Assembly (NCBI GenBank): GCA_043767805.1
Contig: JAYUGC010000043.1
Location: 1-38,614 of the forward strand
Direction of reading: 5' to 3'
Source of the DNA: Pseudomonadota bacterium
Lineage (GTDB): Bacteria; Bdellovibrionota; FAC87; UBA2466
DNA length: 38,614 nt
This document shows, in pieces, positions 19,002 through 28,664 of this stretch (its first letter is position 1; the number at the start of each line of letters is the position of its first letter). The position numbers and the translations under genes are program-made. Below the pieces are notes generated by a model. The model had not been told where the DNA came from. It did not search any database and was given only the letters and a program-made list of their open reading frames with translations.

Positions 19002-19790
19002 TCATTGTTTGATTCCCATATAGAGCCCATCGTCAATACGAGTCAGTAACAACCTAGGTGATTCCCGCAAGACATATTCATCCACGGCCCTGGCGGCGCC
19101 AGTGAAGGTTCCGTAGTCGTCGATTAAGATAACGCCACCCTTAACTAGTCTTGGGTAAAGAACTTTCATTTCTTCGGAGGTGGAACTGAACCAATCGGTA
19201 TCAAGTCTTAGCAGCGCAATTTCAGAAGGGCAGTTTGCGGCAAGAGTGTCCTCGACCATGCCTTGGACAAACCTGAATTTCTCGGCAGGATAGCCTGTCG
19301 ACAGGACGTTACGGCGGACTTCCTCGAGGGGGGAATACGCCCAGTATTTGATATCCGCTCCCGGCCCCCAATGTAGCTCGTGGAATTTCTTTGCGCTGGT
19401 TCCTTCATAGAACCGATCCGTCTCCGCTGGCTCAGGCATTCCATCGAACGTATCGAACAAGAAAATCTCGGGGCGCAATGTCTCGCCCAATTGCAAAAGG
19501 GAAAGCGCCATGGCCATGACACTTCCGCCCTTCCAGACGCCGCATTCGACGAACGAACCGGAAATGGAGTTCTGACTTATGTATTTAACCGCTAAGCAGA
19601 GATTGTAGACTCTTTCCGGAGAGGTCATCGTATAGTGCGAGACCCGATCGAGAATCTCCTTCCACTCGTCGCGAAAATCAGACGGATATGGAGCCGAATA
19701 CGGCTCCGGTTTTACGCTTTTCTTTTTCGTAATCCTGTAGCCGAAGCGATCTAATAGCTGGTGCGCCGCGATTTTAAGCATTTGATTCAT
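19002..19790 (-). CDS. TylF/MycF/NovP family sugar O-methyltransferase
   Basis: TMTS.ER, FVECGVWKGGS, LFDTFDGM, LRLDTDW, GGV..IDDYG; GAGGAG RBS before MNQ. Confidence 0.95.
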   Translation of the reverse strand: MNQMLKIAAHQLLDRFGYRITKKKSVKPEPYSAPYPSDFRDEWKEILDRVSHYTMTSPERVYNLCLAVKYISQNSISGSFVECGVWKGGSVMAMALSLLQLGETLRPEIFLFDTFDGMPEPAETDRFYEGTSAKKFHELHWGPGADIKYWAYSPLEEVRRNVLSTGYPAEKFRFVQGMVEDTLAANCPSEIALLRLDTDWFSSTSEEMKVLYPRLVKGGVILIDDYGTFTGAARAVDEYVLRESPRLLLTRIDDGLYMGIKQ

Positions 19791-22758
19791 TTCGCTCCTC
19801 GGTCTCAGCCCAAGCAAAATAGTTCGGTCGAGCCAGCGCGGGGGTTTGCTGAAGATCCTGCTTGGATAAAATCAGATCGCTTAACACCAGGGGTGGTGAA
19901 TGGGACTCCAAAACCGGAGCAATGCCGTTATTGACCCAAGGATTGGCGTGTAAATAGAAGCCGGTGTCATAACGATTTTCAATCCGGAAGAGCTGGTACC
20001 CTTGCTCGAGCCACCAGGTGATTTCCCGCCACTTTTCCGGCGCGGCTGCATTGGGCGTATATTCGAAAAGAATACTTGCCGAGTCCGGCAACTGGTCGGC
20101 GAGGGAACGCAAACCGCGCAGTACATCGGACTCGTGGCCCTCGACATCGATCTTGATCACTCGAAGTTTTTTTACGTCCTCTGGAGCGATGAGCTCCGCC
20201 GCTGGAACCGCATCCACGAAACCCTCGGCGCTTTGATTGCCGGCGAGCGGGTAATGGCTCGTGGCTCCGGAGTTCTCCGCGGGACCAGCGTATAAAGGGA
20301 GTCTTTCCTTCGCTGAAGACGCCGCCAAGTTGAAGGCCCGGCAATTGTGGAGTCCATTTAGGCGCAAGGATTCGATCAGCTTCCCGAAGATGCGCGGGGC
20401 CGGTTCCAACGCATAAACCCTTCCCGCCGCCTTGACGCGGTTGCCGGCAAGGACGCTGTAGTAGCCAATGTTAGCGCCTACGTCGAGAAAGACGTCGCCG
20501 GGCTTCAAGCTGCTTACGACGAAATTGGTAATGTAAGGTTCCCAGACCCGAAAAAAATAGAGAAAGGCGCCGATCGCATCTCCTTTTTCCAGCCGGTATC
20601 GTCCTACTCCAGGAACCTTGACCGAAGTCTCACAAAACAGGCGTTTGTAAAAACTGGGAACTTTCGAGCGATGGGTGCTCAACCAAAGTTGGCGCGAGCC
20701 ATCGAAGTAATTCTGTTTTTGACTCTCGCGAACCCACGAAAAGAATTTCCGTGAGGGAAATTTTCTCAAGGGCGAAGTCAGGGCGTTGCCGAGACGGTAG
20801 CTGGTGCTATTTTTTGTTTTCTCATGGGCTTCCTTTTCCTTTTCGCGGATCCTTTGCAGCTTACCGATCACGCCGATGGCATGTGACTCATATAGGACCG
20901 CGTGTTTACGTAGAAAACGCTTATGGAGCTCCTCGTCTGTTTGAAAAAGGGCGGCGCCGCCGGGTTCATTTGAATGAAGGAGATACTCAGGAATGATCTC
21001 AATGCCCCAACGCTTTGAGGCGATGCTTAGCCAAAAATCGTAGCTCGCGAAGCCCGTCAGCGTCTCGTCGTAGCCGCCCACCTCTTCCCAGCAGCGTCGC
21101 CGAAACAGGGAGCCCGGGGCGATATCGCAGGATACGAGGAGCCACTCGATTTCGCCGCTGGGCATCCGTTTACCGCTACTTCGCCCCCCGATGTCCACCC
21201 CGCAGGTGACTACGCCCGCCTTCGGGTTAGCTTCGAGAATCCCGACGCCTTTTTCGAGAAGGGTAGGTTCGATCCCATCTTCGGCCCCGATAGGAAAGAT
21301 AAACTCACCCCGGGCGTGCTCAATGCCAAAGTTACGCGCGGAGGAGACGCCGCCGTTCGCCATCGACACCACTCGCAGACCCGGGCCGGAAAGCCTGGAT
21401 AAGGTATCGAGCGTACCCGAATCGGTCGATCCCTCGTCGACAACAATGATTTCAAAGTTCCGAAAGGTCTGGGCCCGAAGGTTGTCGAGAGCTATTTGAA
21501 TTTGGGGACCCTGATTGAAGCAGGGAAGAATGATGGACACCTTGACGCTGCTCATGGGTGACACCTTACCCGGGGGGCCGAGCGGGTTTGGAAAGGACAC
21601 GGCTTCGTCGGTGTGCCGAGATGGCAGGGGAGTTCCCGTGAGGGCGTTTCGGCGCGCGGCGTACCAAAAATACCAGCGTTCGGTTACCAAAAAGAACAGG
21701 GCGGCAAAGGCCGCGCAGGCCGCAAGCAAAACAGCCATCGCCGCTAAAACGCCGAGAGCATTCGACGGCAGGAAATTTTCCAGATGAAAGCGCGTGTCCA
21801 TCGAGCCAAAAACGTAGCCCGTCGTAAGGTACATCGAGTACGAAACATTCCCCAGAAAGCGCAAGGGCACCCAGGAAAAGAGGCGTTTTAACGATCCTTC
21901 ACCGAAGCAGGCTTTTACGAACAGTATTGAGCTGGAGAGGCAAAAGATCGGCGTGAACCAATGATAGTCGTCGTACTTCAAGTCGGAATAACCAAAAAGG
22001 GCGGCACTGGCGAGGAAGACGCCTGCCACGAGGGCATCCGGCATCGTCGCGGCCACTTGCCGCAAGCGCGCTTCACCGATCACGGCGAGGGCACCTCCGG
22101 CCAGCATCATCCACCAGCGCGGCATCGGACCGAAGACGAAGCAGCAGCCCGCGACGACAAAGAGTTGCAGCGCCCGCCAGCCCAAGGTCGACTTTCGCCG
22201 ATTCAGCCCGACGAACATCAGAAGGGGAGCCGCCAGATAAAAGGTCCATTCATAGAACAACGACCAGGACCAGGGGTTGAGCTCGAACATGCTGAACCGA
22301 TAGCCGGGAATGCCGTTCAGAAAGAGAAGATTTTTGACGATCGTCAGCGCGGACACCTCACTCCACTTCGCCGGGTATTTGAGCAAAAATCCGAGCAATA
22401 TCATCGCAACGAAAGTGGGATAGATGCGCATGGCCCGATGTAAAAAGAAAGTTCCCAGCTCGGAGAGTGAGGTTACCTTGGTCTTTTTCAATAGGCGGAA
22501 CACTAGAAAGCCGCTGAGCAGAAAGAAGATATCGACCCCGTACTGGGACCTTTGGAGCAGGGAAAGGGCGGCTTCCACAGTCTTTCCGCCTTTCAACGGC
22601 GTATAGAAATGGGTCAGGAAAATCAGAAAAATGGCATAGCCCCGAAGGCCTTCCATCGCGGGGTTCCGCGTCCGCTTCGAATCCAATAGAAAAATCTGAC
22701 GAAAAATACGCGCCAAGTCGCCAAGATAGTGCCCCACACCAATCCTTCCGAATATCAA
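19774..22758 (-). CDS. Fusion: acyltransferase-3 + GT2-like domain + short coil + FkbM-family methyltransferase
   Basis: AT3: EGLRGYA, GVDIFFLLSGF, RIYP, WSLFYEWTFY, LGNVSYSMYL. GT2: VSIILPCFN, NGGVSSARN.GI. FkbM: FLDVGANIGYYS, ALEP, IKIDVEGHE. Confidence 0.9.
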   Translation of the reverse strand: MIFGRIGVGHYLGDLARIFRQIFLLDSKRTRNPAMEGLRGYAIFLIFLTHFYTPLKGGKTVEAALSLLQRSQYGVDIFFLLSGFLVFRLLKKTKVTSLSELGTFFLHRAMRIYPTFVAMILLGFLLKYPAKWSEVSALTIVKNLLFLNGIPGYRFSMFELNPWSWSLFYEWTFYLAAPLLMFVGLNRRKSTLGWRALQLFVVAGCCFVFGPMPRWWMMLAGGALAVIGEARLRQVAATMPDALVAGVFLASAALFGYSDLKYDDYHWFTPIFCLSSSILFVKACFGEGSLKRLFSWVPLRFLGNVSYSMYLTTGYVFGSMDTRFHLENFLPSNALGVLAAMAVLLAACAAFAALFFLVTERWYFWYAARRNALTGTPLPSRHTDEAVSFPNPLGPPGKVSPMSSVKVSIILPCFNQGPQIQIALDNLRAQTFRNFEIIVVDEGSTDSGTLDTLSRLSGPGLRVVSMANGGVSSARNFGIEHARGEFIFPIGAEDGIEPTLLEKGVGILEANPKAGVVTCGVDIGGRSSGKRMPSGEIEWLLVSCDIAPGSLFRRRCWEEVGGYDETLTGFASYDFWLSIASKRWGIEIIPEYLLHSNEPGGAALFQTDEELHKRFLRKHAVLYESHAIGVIGKLQRIREKEKEAHEKTKNSTSYRLGNALTSPLRKFPSRKFFSWVRESQKQNYFDGSRQLWLSTHRSKVPSFYKRLFCETSVKVPGVGRYRLEKGDAIGAFLYFFRVWEPYITNFVVSSLKPGDVFLDVGANIGYYSVLAGNRVKAAGRVYALEPAPRIFGKLIESLRLNGLHNCRAFNLAASSAKERLPLYAGPAENSGATSHYPLAGNQSAEGFVDAVPAAELIAPEDVKKLRVIKIDVEGHESDVLRGLRSLADQLPDSASILFEYTPNAAAPEKWREITWWLEQGYQLFRIENRYDTGFYLHANPWVNNGIAPVLESHSPPLVLSDLILSKQDLQQTPALARPNYFAWAETEERNESNA

Positions 22759-23001
22759 AATCGGTCTGCCCCAGTAGAGGAAAAAACTACCGCCTCCGAG
22801 GGGACGGTTTGCGATATTACCGTATTTAGCTCTGACGCCACGCTCGGCGCGTCAGACCCCTTTTGGCCTGTGCCGCTTCGACAAAAGTTCGTCTTAACTT
22901 TGCGGAGGTGGAAAATTAGGTGAGAGTATTTTACGCTCCCCGGGCATCGAAAACGTAGGGGGAGAAAAGCAACGTCGCTTGCCCTCTGAAGAGAGGATAA
23001 A

Positions 23002-23922
23002 TTGCTTAACCGGATATTTCAGTGGCTGGACAACAGCGCTTTGGCTCAAATCCTCCGTCGCAATCCTAAGTCCGCTTCGGCGGAATTTTTTCCTTTTTTC
23101 AAAGGCAGGCGCAGCCGGGTCTTAAGTCGTGGCCATGTCCGGACTCACACCAAAATCCTGAGACGCCCTTTGCCGGAGACACCAGAACGTTGCCCGATAG
23201 ATGGGCTGGCCGTTCCTCCCGCCGCGTATTTCATGGGATACGACACCAATCCAGCCCAGTATCTTGAATCGGGACGACGGGATTTCCAATCCATGAAGTC
23301 GATTCTCGCGGGCGCGTGCTTCGACCTCGATAGGGGCAATAAGCGTATTTTGGATTTCGGTTGCGCTTCGGGACGGATGCTTCGGGCTTTTACCGGATTG
23401 ACGCAACCACACGAGCTTTGGGGCGTGGACATCCGCGCCGATCTCATTCTTTGGAGCCAGCTCCACTTGAGTCCTCCCATGAGATTCGCGACCGTCACGA
23501 CCTTTCCCCATCTCCCCTTTGAAGATCGAAGTTTTGATCTGGTCTATGCCGGGTCCGTTTTTACCCATATCGGGGACCTCGAGGATATGTGGCTCCTGGA
23601 ACTGAGACGCCTTTTGAAGCCGGGTGGTTTTCTGTTCGTTACGGTGCACGACACCCATACGATCGACCTTATAATCAGCAGCCACCCTGGCGAATCACTG
23701 CATACGAGCCCGCTCCGCAGTGATCTGCGCCGCTTGAAGATGCTAAAAGGTTCACCGACCCGCTTTCAGATGGCTACCATCGAGGATGAGCGGGGCACTC
23801 AAGTGTTTCACGATCGCGATTTCATTCGCAAGCGATGGGGACAGTACTTTGAAGTTCAGGGCATCCACTCTGAAGGCCACGATTATCAGACGGCGGTGGT
23901 GCTGACCAAAGAGCTGGCCTGA
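23002..23922 (+). CDS. Class I SAM-dependent methyltransferase (Methyltransf_11-like)
   Basis: ILDFGCASGR, WGVDI, LPFEDRSFDLVYA.SVFTH, LKPGG; TTG start with GAGGA RBS. Confidence 0.92.
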   Translation: MLNRIFQWLDNSALAQILRRNPKSASAEFFPFFKGRRSRVLSRGHVRTHTKILRRPLPETPERCPIDGLAVPPAAYFMGYDTNPAQYLESGRRDFQSMKSILAGACFDLDRGNKRILDFGCASGRMLRAFTGLTQPHELWGVDIRADLILWSQLHLSPPMRFATVTTFPHLPFEDRSFDLVYAGSVFTHIGDLEDMWLLELRRLLKPGGFLFVTVHDTHTIDLIISSHPGESLHTSPLRSDLRRLKMLKGSPTRFQMATIEDERGTQVFHDRDFIRKRWGQYFEVQGIHSEGHDYQTAVVLTKELA

Positions 23923-23932
23923 AACCGCCCAT

Positions 23933-24841
23933 TCATTGAACCGAGCGAGCGCCTCGTCCTAGCACAAATCCAGCGGCGCCGACCGCGGCCATCGCCCAGG
24001 CGACGGTCACCACGGATAGGATCCGGGGCAGCGGGGCTTTGCCGAAGTTTTCCCTCAGAGTAACCGCGACAAAATAAGGATTGAGATGGCGGATATGGGG
24101 CTTGGGCTCCAAAAAAAAATCGCGCGCCGGTCGTCCGTGGTCCACGGTGCACGAGCCTTTACTGAAGGCAATTCGCCAGACTTTTTGGACCAGTCCTTTC
24201 CAGGAACGGACCGGGTGACGTACGCGGGCGTTGTCGGCGTAAACGAGCCGGTAGCCTTGGCGCGTGGCACTCCGGGTAAATAAGGAGTCGCCGTTCCAGC
24301 CTACGTTAGCGGGAAAACCACCGGTGGCGTTCACCACCGCTCGGGTTACCAAGAGATTCGCGGTAAAGGCCACGCCTCTTTTTTCGACACTGTCGGAGTG
24401 GCGCAAGAAACTTATCGAGTCATATACCTGAGCGGAATCCGGCTGCTTGGGGAGATCAAAATCGATGCGTCCCGCCACCAAGTCGGCTGCTTTCGCTACC
24501 AAACGTTCCACCGCGCTCTCGAGCCATTGAGGGTCCGGTAAACAATCGCCATCCGTAAAAGCGAGGAGGTCCCCTTGCGCCGCGGCGATTCCGGTATTGC
24601 GGGCAGTATCGGCATTGCGCACTCTGGTTTCGAAGACGATCCGGGTCATCCCTTGCGCGTATTTCGAGGCGAGGCTGGCTGTCCCGTCTGTCGAATCGTT
24701 ATCGATGAGAATGACTTCATAATTAGGATAGGACTGGTTTTGCAGGGCCGCGAGGAGACGGGGAAGCCGCTCGGCCTCGTTATGCAGCGGCACGATTACC
24801 GAAACCAAGGGACGAGATTTCGAGTTGTCGCTTGTGTGCAC
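23933..24841 (-). CDS. Glycosyltransferase family 2
   Basis: VSVIVP, IDNDSTDGT, ARNTG, AFTDGDC. Confidence 0.92.
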   Translation of the reverse strand: MHTSDNSKSRPLVSVIVPLHNEAERLPRLLAALQNQSYPNYEVILIDNDSTDGTASLASKYAQGMTRIVFETRVRNADTARNTGIAAAQGDLLAFTDGDCLPDPQWLESAVERLVAKAADLVAGRIDFDLPKQPDSAQVYDSISFLRHSDSVEKRGVAFTANLLVTRAVVNATGGFPANVGWNGDSLFTRSATRQGYRLVYADNARVRHPVRSWKGLVQKVWRIAFSKGSCTVDHGRPARDFFLEPKPHIRHLNPYFVAVTLRENFGKAPLPRILSVVTVAWAMAAVGAAGFVLGRGARSVQ

Positions 24842-25033
24842 GGTCCGACCTTTATGCCTCGCGCTATGGCCTTGTCTCTCTTACGGTACGCGCGAGTTTA
24901 AAAAAAAATGTAGTGGCGCGGTGAGGCAGGGTCAAGCCGCGCCTAGTTTTGTGCTCGGCACATTTCTACCTTTAGGCTGGGGGTGATGGTATATTTTCGC
25001 TGCCCGGCCCCAAGCGTCTAAAGGAGGCTTTGC

Positions 25034-26029
25034 TTGATTAGTTTCGTCGTTCCCGCATTTAACGAGTCCGAGAGCCTCGGCACATTGGTCAAAGAGATCG
25101 AGGAAGTCTGCAACTCCTATGGGCTGCCTTTCGAGCTCCTTTTTGTCGACGATGGAAGCACGGACGGAACGTGGGAAGAGATCCAGCGGCTTTGCGCTCA
25201 ACATGAGGCGGTACGGGGTTTCCGCCTTCGCCGCAATTTCGGCAAGGGAGCGGCGCTTACGGCGGGCTTCGAAGCCGCTAAGGGTAAGATCCTTTTTACT
25301 CTGGATGCCGATCTTCAAGACAATCCGCACGACATTCCCAAACTGCTCAAGCAGATTCATGCCGGAAGTGACGTTGTCGTCGGCTGGAGACGGCTGCGCC
25401 ACGACACGCAGATAAAGCGATTGCAGAGCAGCGTTTACAATGGCTTGGCCCGGCTTTTCACGGGTATCACGCTCCACGACATTAATTGCGGCTTTAAATG
25501 TTTTCGATCTGACGTCGTTCCCAGCACCACTCTCTACGGCGACCGTTACCGGGTGTTTCCGATAGCCGCCTCCCTGGCGGGTTTCCGGGTTACCGAAGTG
25601 GAAGTGTCACATCGGGAACGTATTTATGGCCACTCCAAGTATGGTTACGGCCGGGTGATGAGGGGTTTTCTCGATCTGATTACCGTCGCCTGTCTCCATA
25701 GTTTCCGATTCCGGCCCATGCATTTGATTGGAACCCTCGGATTTCTGCTGATGATGGCAGGAGGGGCGGGACTGATTTATCTCGCCGTCGGCTGGGTTTT
25801 TGGACATGCCATCGGCGGCCGGCCCCTTCTCATTTATTCGACCGTCGCCTCTCTCTTCGGCGTTCAGATGATACTGGCGGGATTACTGGCCGAGTTATTC
25901 ACCGGAATGTTGGCCCGGAGCGAAAGACCTTTTTCCGTATCTGAGCTTGCCTCCGGCGGTAAAACTTTGGAAGTTCCCTTGCCCGAGCCGCGCGGGACTG
26001 GGCGAAACGAGTTCGTCCTTCCTCATTAG
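25034..26029 (+). CDS. Polyprenyl-phosphate glycosyltransferase (GT2, ArnC/GtrB/DPM1-like)
   Basis: VVPAFNE, VDDGSTDGT, RRNFGKGAAL.AG, LDADLQDNP, HDINCGFK, G.SKY; two C-terminal TM helices; AAGGAGG RBS. Confidence 0.94.
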   Translation: MISFVVPAFNESESLGTLVKEIEEVCNSYGLPFELLFVDDGSTDGTWEEIQRLCAQHEAVRGFRLRRNFGKGAALTAGFEAAKGKILFTLDADLQDNPHDIPKLLKQIHAGSDVVVGWRRLRHDTQIKRLQSSVYNGLARLFTGITLHDINCGFKCFRSDVVPSTTLYGDRYRVFPIAASLAGFRVTEVEVSHRERIYGHSKYGYGRVMRGFLDLITVACLHSFRFRPMHLIGTLGFLLMMAGGAGLIYLAVGWVFGHAIGGRPLLIYSTVASLFGVQMILAGLLAELFTGMLARSERPFSVSELASGGKTLEVPLPEPRGTGRNEFVLPH

Positions 26030-26089
26030 GACGCGGCCTTTGCCTCACTGCATCTTGGAAAAAGTGTTTCGAGACGTTACCTTCCCAGG

Positions 26090-26515
26090 ATGAAATTTCC
26101 ATATTGGTTAATAGTGGCGATCGGCCTCGCGATCATTCCCTTAACGGTGTTTCTGAAAAGGCCCAAGTCTGAGAGGGCGGTGGCGTCCAGCCAGTCTCTC
26201 ATCAGGGAAGACCTCAAATTGGGAAAGGGGAGGGAGGCGACACCGGGCAGTAAGGTGGCCGTACATTATACGGCCTGGCTCACCAACGGTAAGCAAGTCG
26301 CGTCGTCCAAGGATCTGAACGATACTCTCGATTTTAAAGTCGGTAACGGCGAAGTCATCCAAGGGTGGGACCAGGGCGTTGTGGGGATGAAGGTAGGTGG
26401 CAAACGCAAGCTTACCGTTTTGCCGGAGCTTGGCTACGGCTCCAAAGGAGCTGGGGACGCGATCCCGCCCAACGCGACCTTGATCTTCGAAGTCGAGCTC
26501 GTCGACGTAACGTAA
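26090..26515 (+). CDS. FKBP-type peptidyl-prolyl isomerase with N-terminal membrane anchor
   Basis: VHYT, VIQGWDQG..GMKVGGKRKL...PELGYG, IPPNATLIFEVEL. Confidence 0.96.
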   Translation: MKFPYWLIVAIGLAIIPLTVFLKRPKSERAVASSQSLIREDLKLGKGREATPGSKVAVHYTAWLTNGKQVASSKDLNDTLDFKVGNGEVIQGWDQGVVGMKVGGKRKLTVLPELGYGSKGAGDAIPPNATLIFEVELVDVT

Positions 26516-26759
26516 TAGCCGGCGCCTCTGTAGTGAGCCCACTAAGGGCACCATCGGATTTGCGAGGGCTTGTAATGTCGGGATGAGCTATGCGCTGAGC
26601 CGGGAAACGGAAATAATCGTTCTCCTAAATCAAGACGCCTATGTCTTCCCCCATTGTTTGGGCCGGCTGGTTCAGGAACTTAGAGCTCAACCTTCGGCTT
26701 TCGCCGCTGCCCCCATCGAATTGACTACGATGGGTATCCGGCTCGCTAAATCCATTTGA
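26511..26759 (+). pseudogene. Internal fragment of a GT2 glycosyltransferase
   Basis: Hand translation gives GFARACNVGMSYAL....IIVLLNQDA....CL..LV......FAAAP; the N-terminal part and C-terminal half are absent. Confidence 0.7.
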
Positions 26760-26859
26760 TTGTTGTTTTTTTCGCCCCTCATTTTTGGTTCACACTTCTT
26801 CGGTAGGCTACAATGAGGAAAATGAAGTTTTTCCTCAGAGTTTTTGTGAAATCGAATGA

Positions 26860-27609
26860 ATGGGAGGCCGAGTGAACCGATCTAACTCAAATTTTTCGGC
26901 ATCGCGGTGGCTTATTGGGCTTTTAGTGCTCGCTACTCAGGCGTTCGCTCTCATGGATAATCCGTCGTCCGAACAGCTGGTGATAAATGAAGTCTCCGTA
27001 AATGGCGAATCGGCGACCTTGGAAATGGCGAGCTTCAGCTCTGGAGAGGAGCCTTCCTTAAAGACTCAAATTACCGAACGCGACGGTATTCCTCGGTTGG
27101 CGGTTTGGGTAATGGGTCTTCAGTCGCATTTCATGGCGAATCCCGCGAAACTCGGAAAGTCAGACGTTTCCAAAGGGTCGGGAAAGATCTTGGCTGCGAA
27201 GCTGCGAAGCATCGCTCTAAAGCTCGCCCTGGAAGAAAAGAAATGGTCACTTTCCGCTCGTACGCGCGCGCTGGCGCAGCAGGTAGATGGAAGAGGGCAG
27301 CGGCTTACTCACGGCTGGATCGCCGAGAATTTGAATCCTTGGTTTCGTGAAGTGTTTGCCAGTCAAAAATACGCGGTAAAAACGTTCGAGAGTAAAACGG
27401 TTCTCGCCGATATTCAGTCGAGTTTACTCGATAGCGAGACCCAAAATCCGATACTGAAAACGCAGCTGGAGCAATTTATCGCGTGCCTGCCCGACAAACC
27501 GATTTCTAAGTCCGTTCCCCAGCTGGCCGCGACTGGATTTCCTGTGCCGCCCCATCGCACCGCTCTGAAAATCTCGGTGTCCCCAGCCGTACTCAAAAAA
27601 ATTCAATGA
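26860..27609 (+). CDS. Hypothetical protein, probably secreted
   Basis: 249-aa ORF with signal-like segment RWLIGLLVLATQAFA; start uncertain. Confidence 0.7.
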   Translation: MGGRVNRSNSNFSASRWLIGLLVLATQAFALMDNPSSEQLVINEVSVNGESATLEMASFSSGEEPSLKTQITERDGIPRLAVWVMGLQSHFMANPAKLGKSDVSKGSGKILAAKLRSIALKLALEEKKWSLSARTRALAQQVDGRGQRLTHGWIAENLNPWFREVFASQKYAVKTFESKTVLADIQSSLLDSETQNPILKTQLEQFIACLPDKPISKSVPQLAATGFPVPPHRTALKISVSPAVLKKIQ

Positions 27610-27674
27610 GAGCCGTGCGGTGACGGGGATCGAGAAAGCGCCACCTGTTTGCGGCTGATCGCACTTCTGATCGG

Positions 27675-28664
27675 CTAGACAGCTTGGCGAAGGCGCATCC
27701 AGTGCCGGAGCTGAAATAGGACCACCAGCCCGACAAAATACCCAATCCATCCCACGTTGCTGTGAAACGCCCAGCCTACGAATTGATATCCCGTCCCGTA
27801 ATCGTGCTCTACGAGATAGAGGCCTATTAAGAAAAAGGAAGCAATTCGGAGCGCGTTGAGTAAAAACATCGCGAATATTCCGGCGACGAACCATGAGATT
27901 TCGAACCTCATTCCCCGCGCCGGTTTTTCAAAAGTACGGATGAGCAGCAGAAAAAAGGAAAAGAAAAAAATTCCCTCCAGTCCGCTACAAGCGATAGCGA
28001 TATTTGCCGACATTTTCGGATGCCGAAGCAGTATTTGGCTGGTGGCGCTAACCCGCGTGGTAACTCCGAAGGCGTGCAGGAGTACACTGACGATTTGGGC
28101 GGTGAACTGGGCCATCGGAATCCAGGCCCATTTAAGAAAAATGGGGTAACCCACCAATAGGATTAATCCGAGGCTGGGATAAATGATTTTAGATCCGAGC
28201 TCTCTCGTGGCTTCGAGCCAGGTGCGAGGGGCCAAGAAAAGAAAATAGCTCGAGGCGAGGGCGCCCAGTCCGAAAAGAAAAAAGAGCGCCATGGCCCAGC
28301 CCGTCTCGGAAGGGGTGGCAAATTCCGCCTGTGCCGCGAAGATCGCGAGGGCACAAACTAAAAGAAAAAAGTTTAGAAGCACGGGACCTAAAAAAAACCG
28401 GGGTGCGAGTCCCATCTCTCGCTGTAAATGACACACGTAGAGAAAAATTCCGAGAAAAAGCGGAAACAGGACATCGCGTCCATACATCCCGAAAGCGGTA
28501 TTGTTAGGGCCGAAACGCGCCACGACGAAAGCGTGGAGAATAAAAAGCTCAACGATAGAGGGCAAAACGAAAAGGGCGCTGATGAACAGGCCGTTCAGCG
28601 AAAAATGGAAAGGCGAATGAATCCGATGCACGACTGTGCTTTTTTGAGAAGGAAAGTCATTCAT
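27675..28664 (-). CDS. Exosortase/archaeosortase family protein (XrtE-like core)
   Basis: About 8 TM segments; Cys-Arg-His triad in IAIACSGLEG, LNALRI, AFHSNVGW. Confidence 0.9.
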   Translation of the reverse strand: MNDFPSQKSTVVHRIHSPFHFSLNGLFISALFVLPSIVELFILHAFVVARFGPNNTAFGMYGRDVLFPLFLGIFLYVCHLQREMGLAPRFFLGPVLLNFFLLVCALAIFAAQAEFATPSETGWAMALFFLFGLGALASSYFLFLAPRTWLEATRELGSKIIYPSLGLILLVGYPIFLKWAWIPMAQFTAQIVSVLLHAFGVTTRVSATSQILLRHPKMSANIAIACSGLEGIFFFSFFLLLIRTFEKPARGMRFEISWFVAGIFAMFLLNALRIASFFLIGLYLVEHDYGTGYQFVGWAFHSNVGWIGYFVGLVVLFQLRHWMRLRQAV

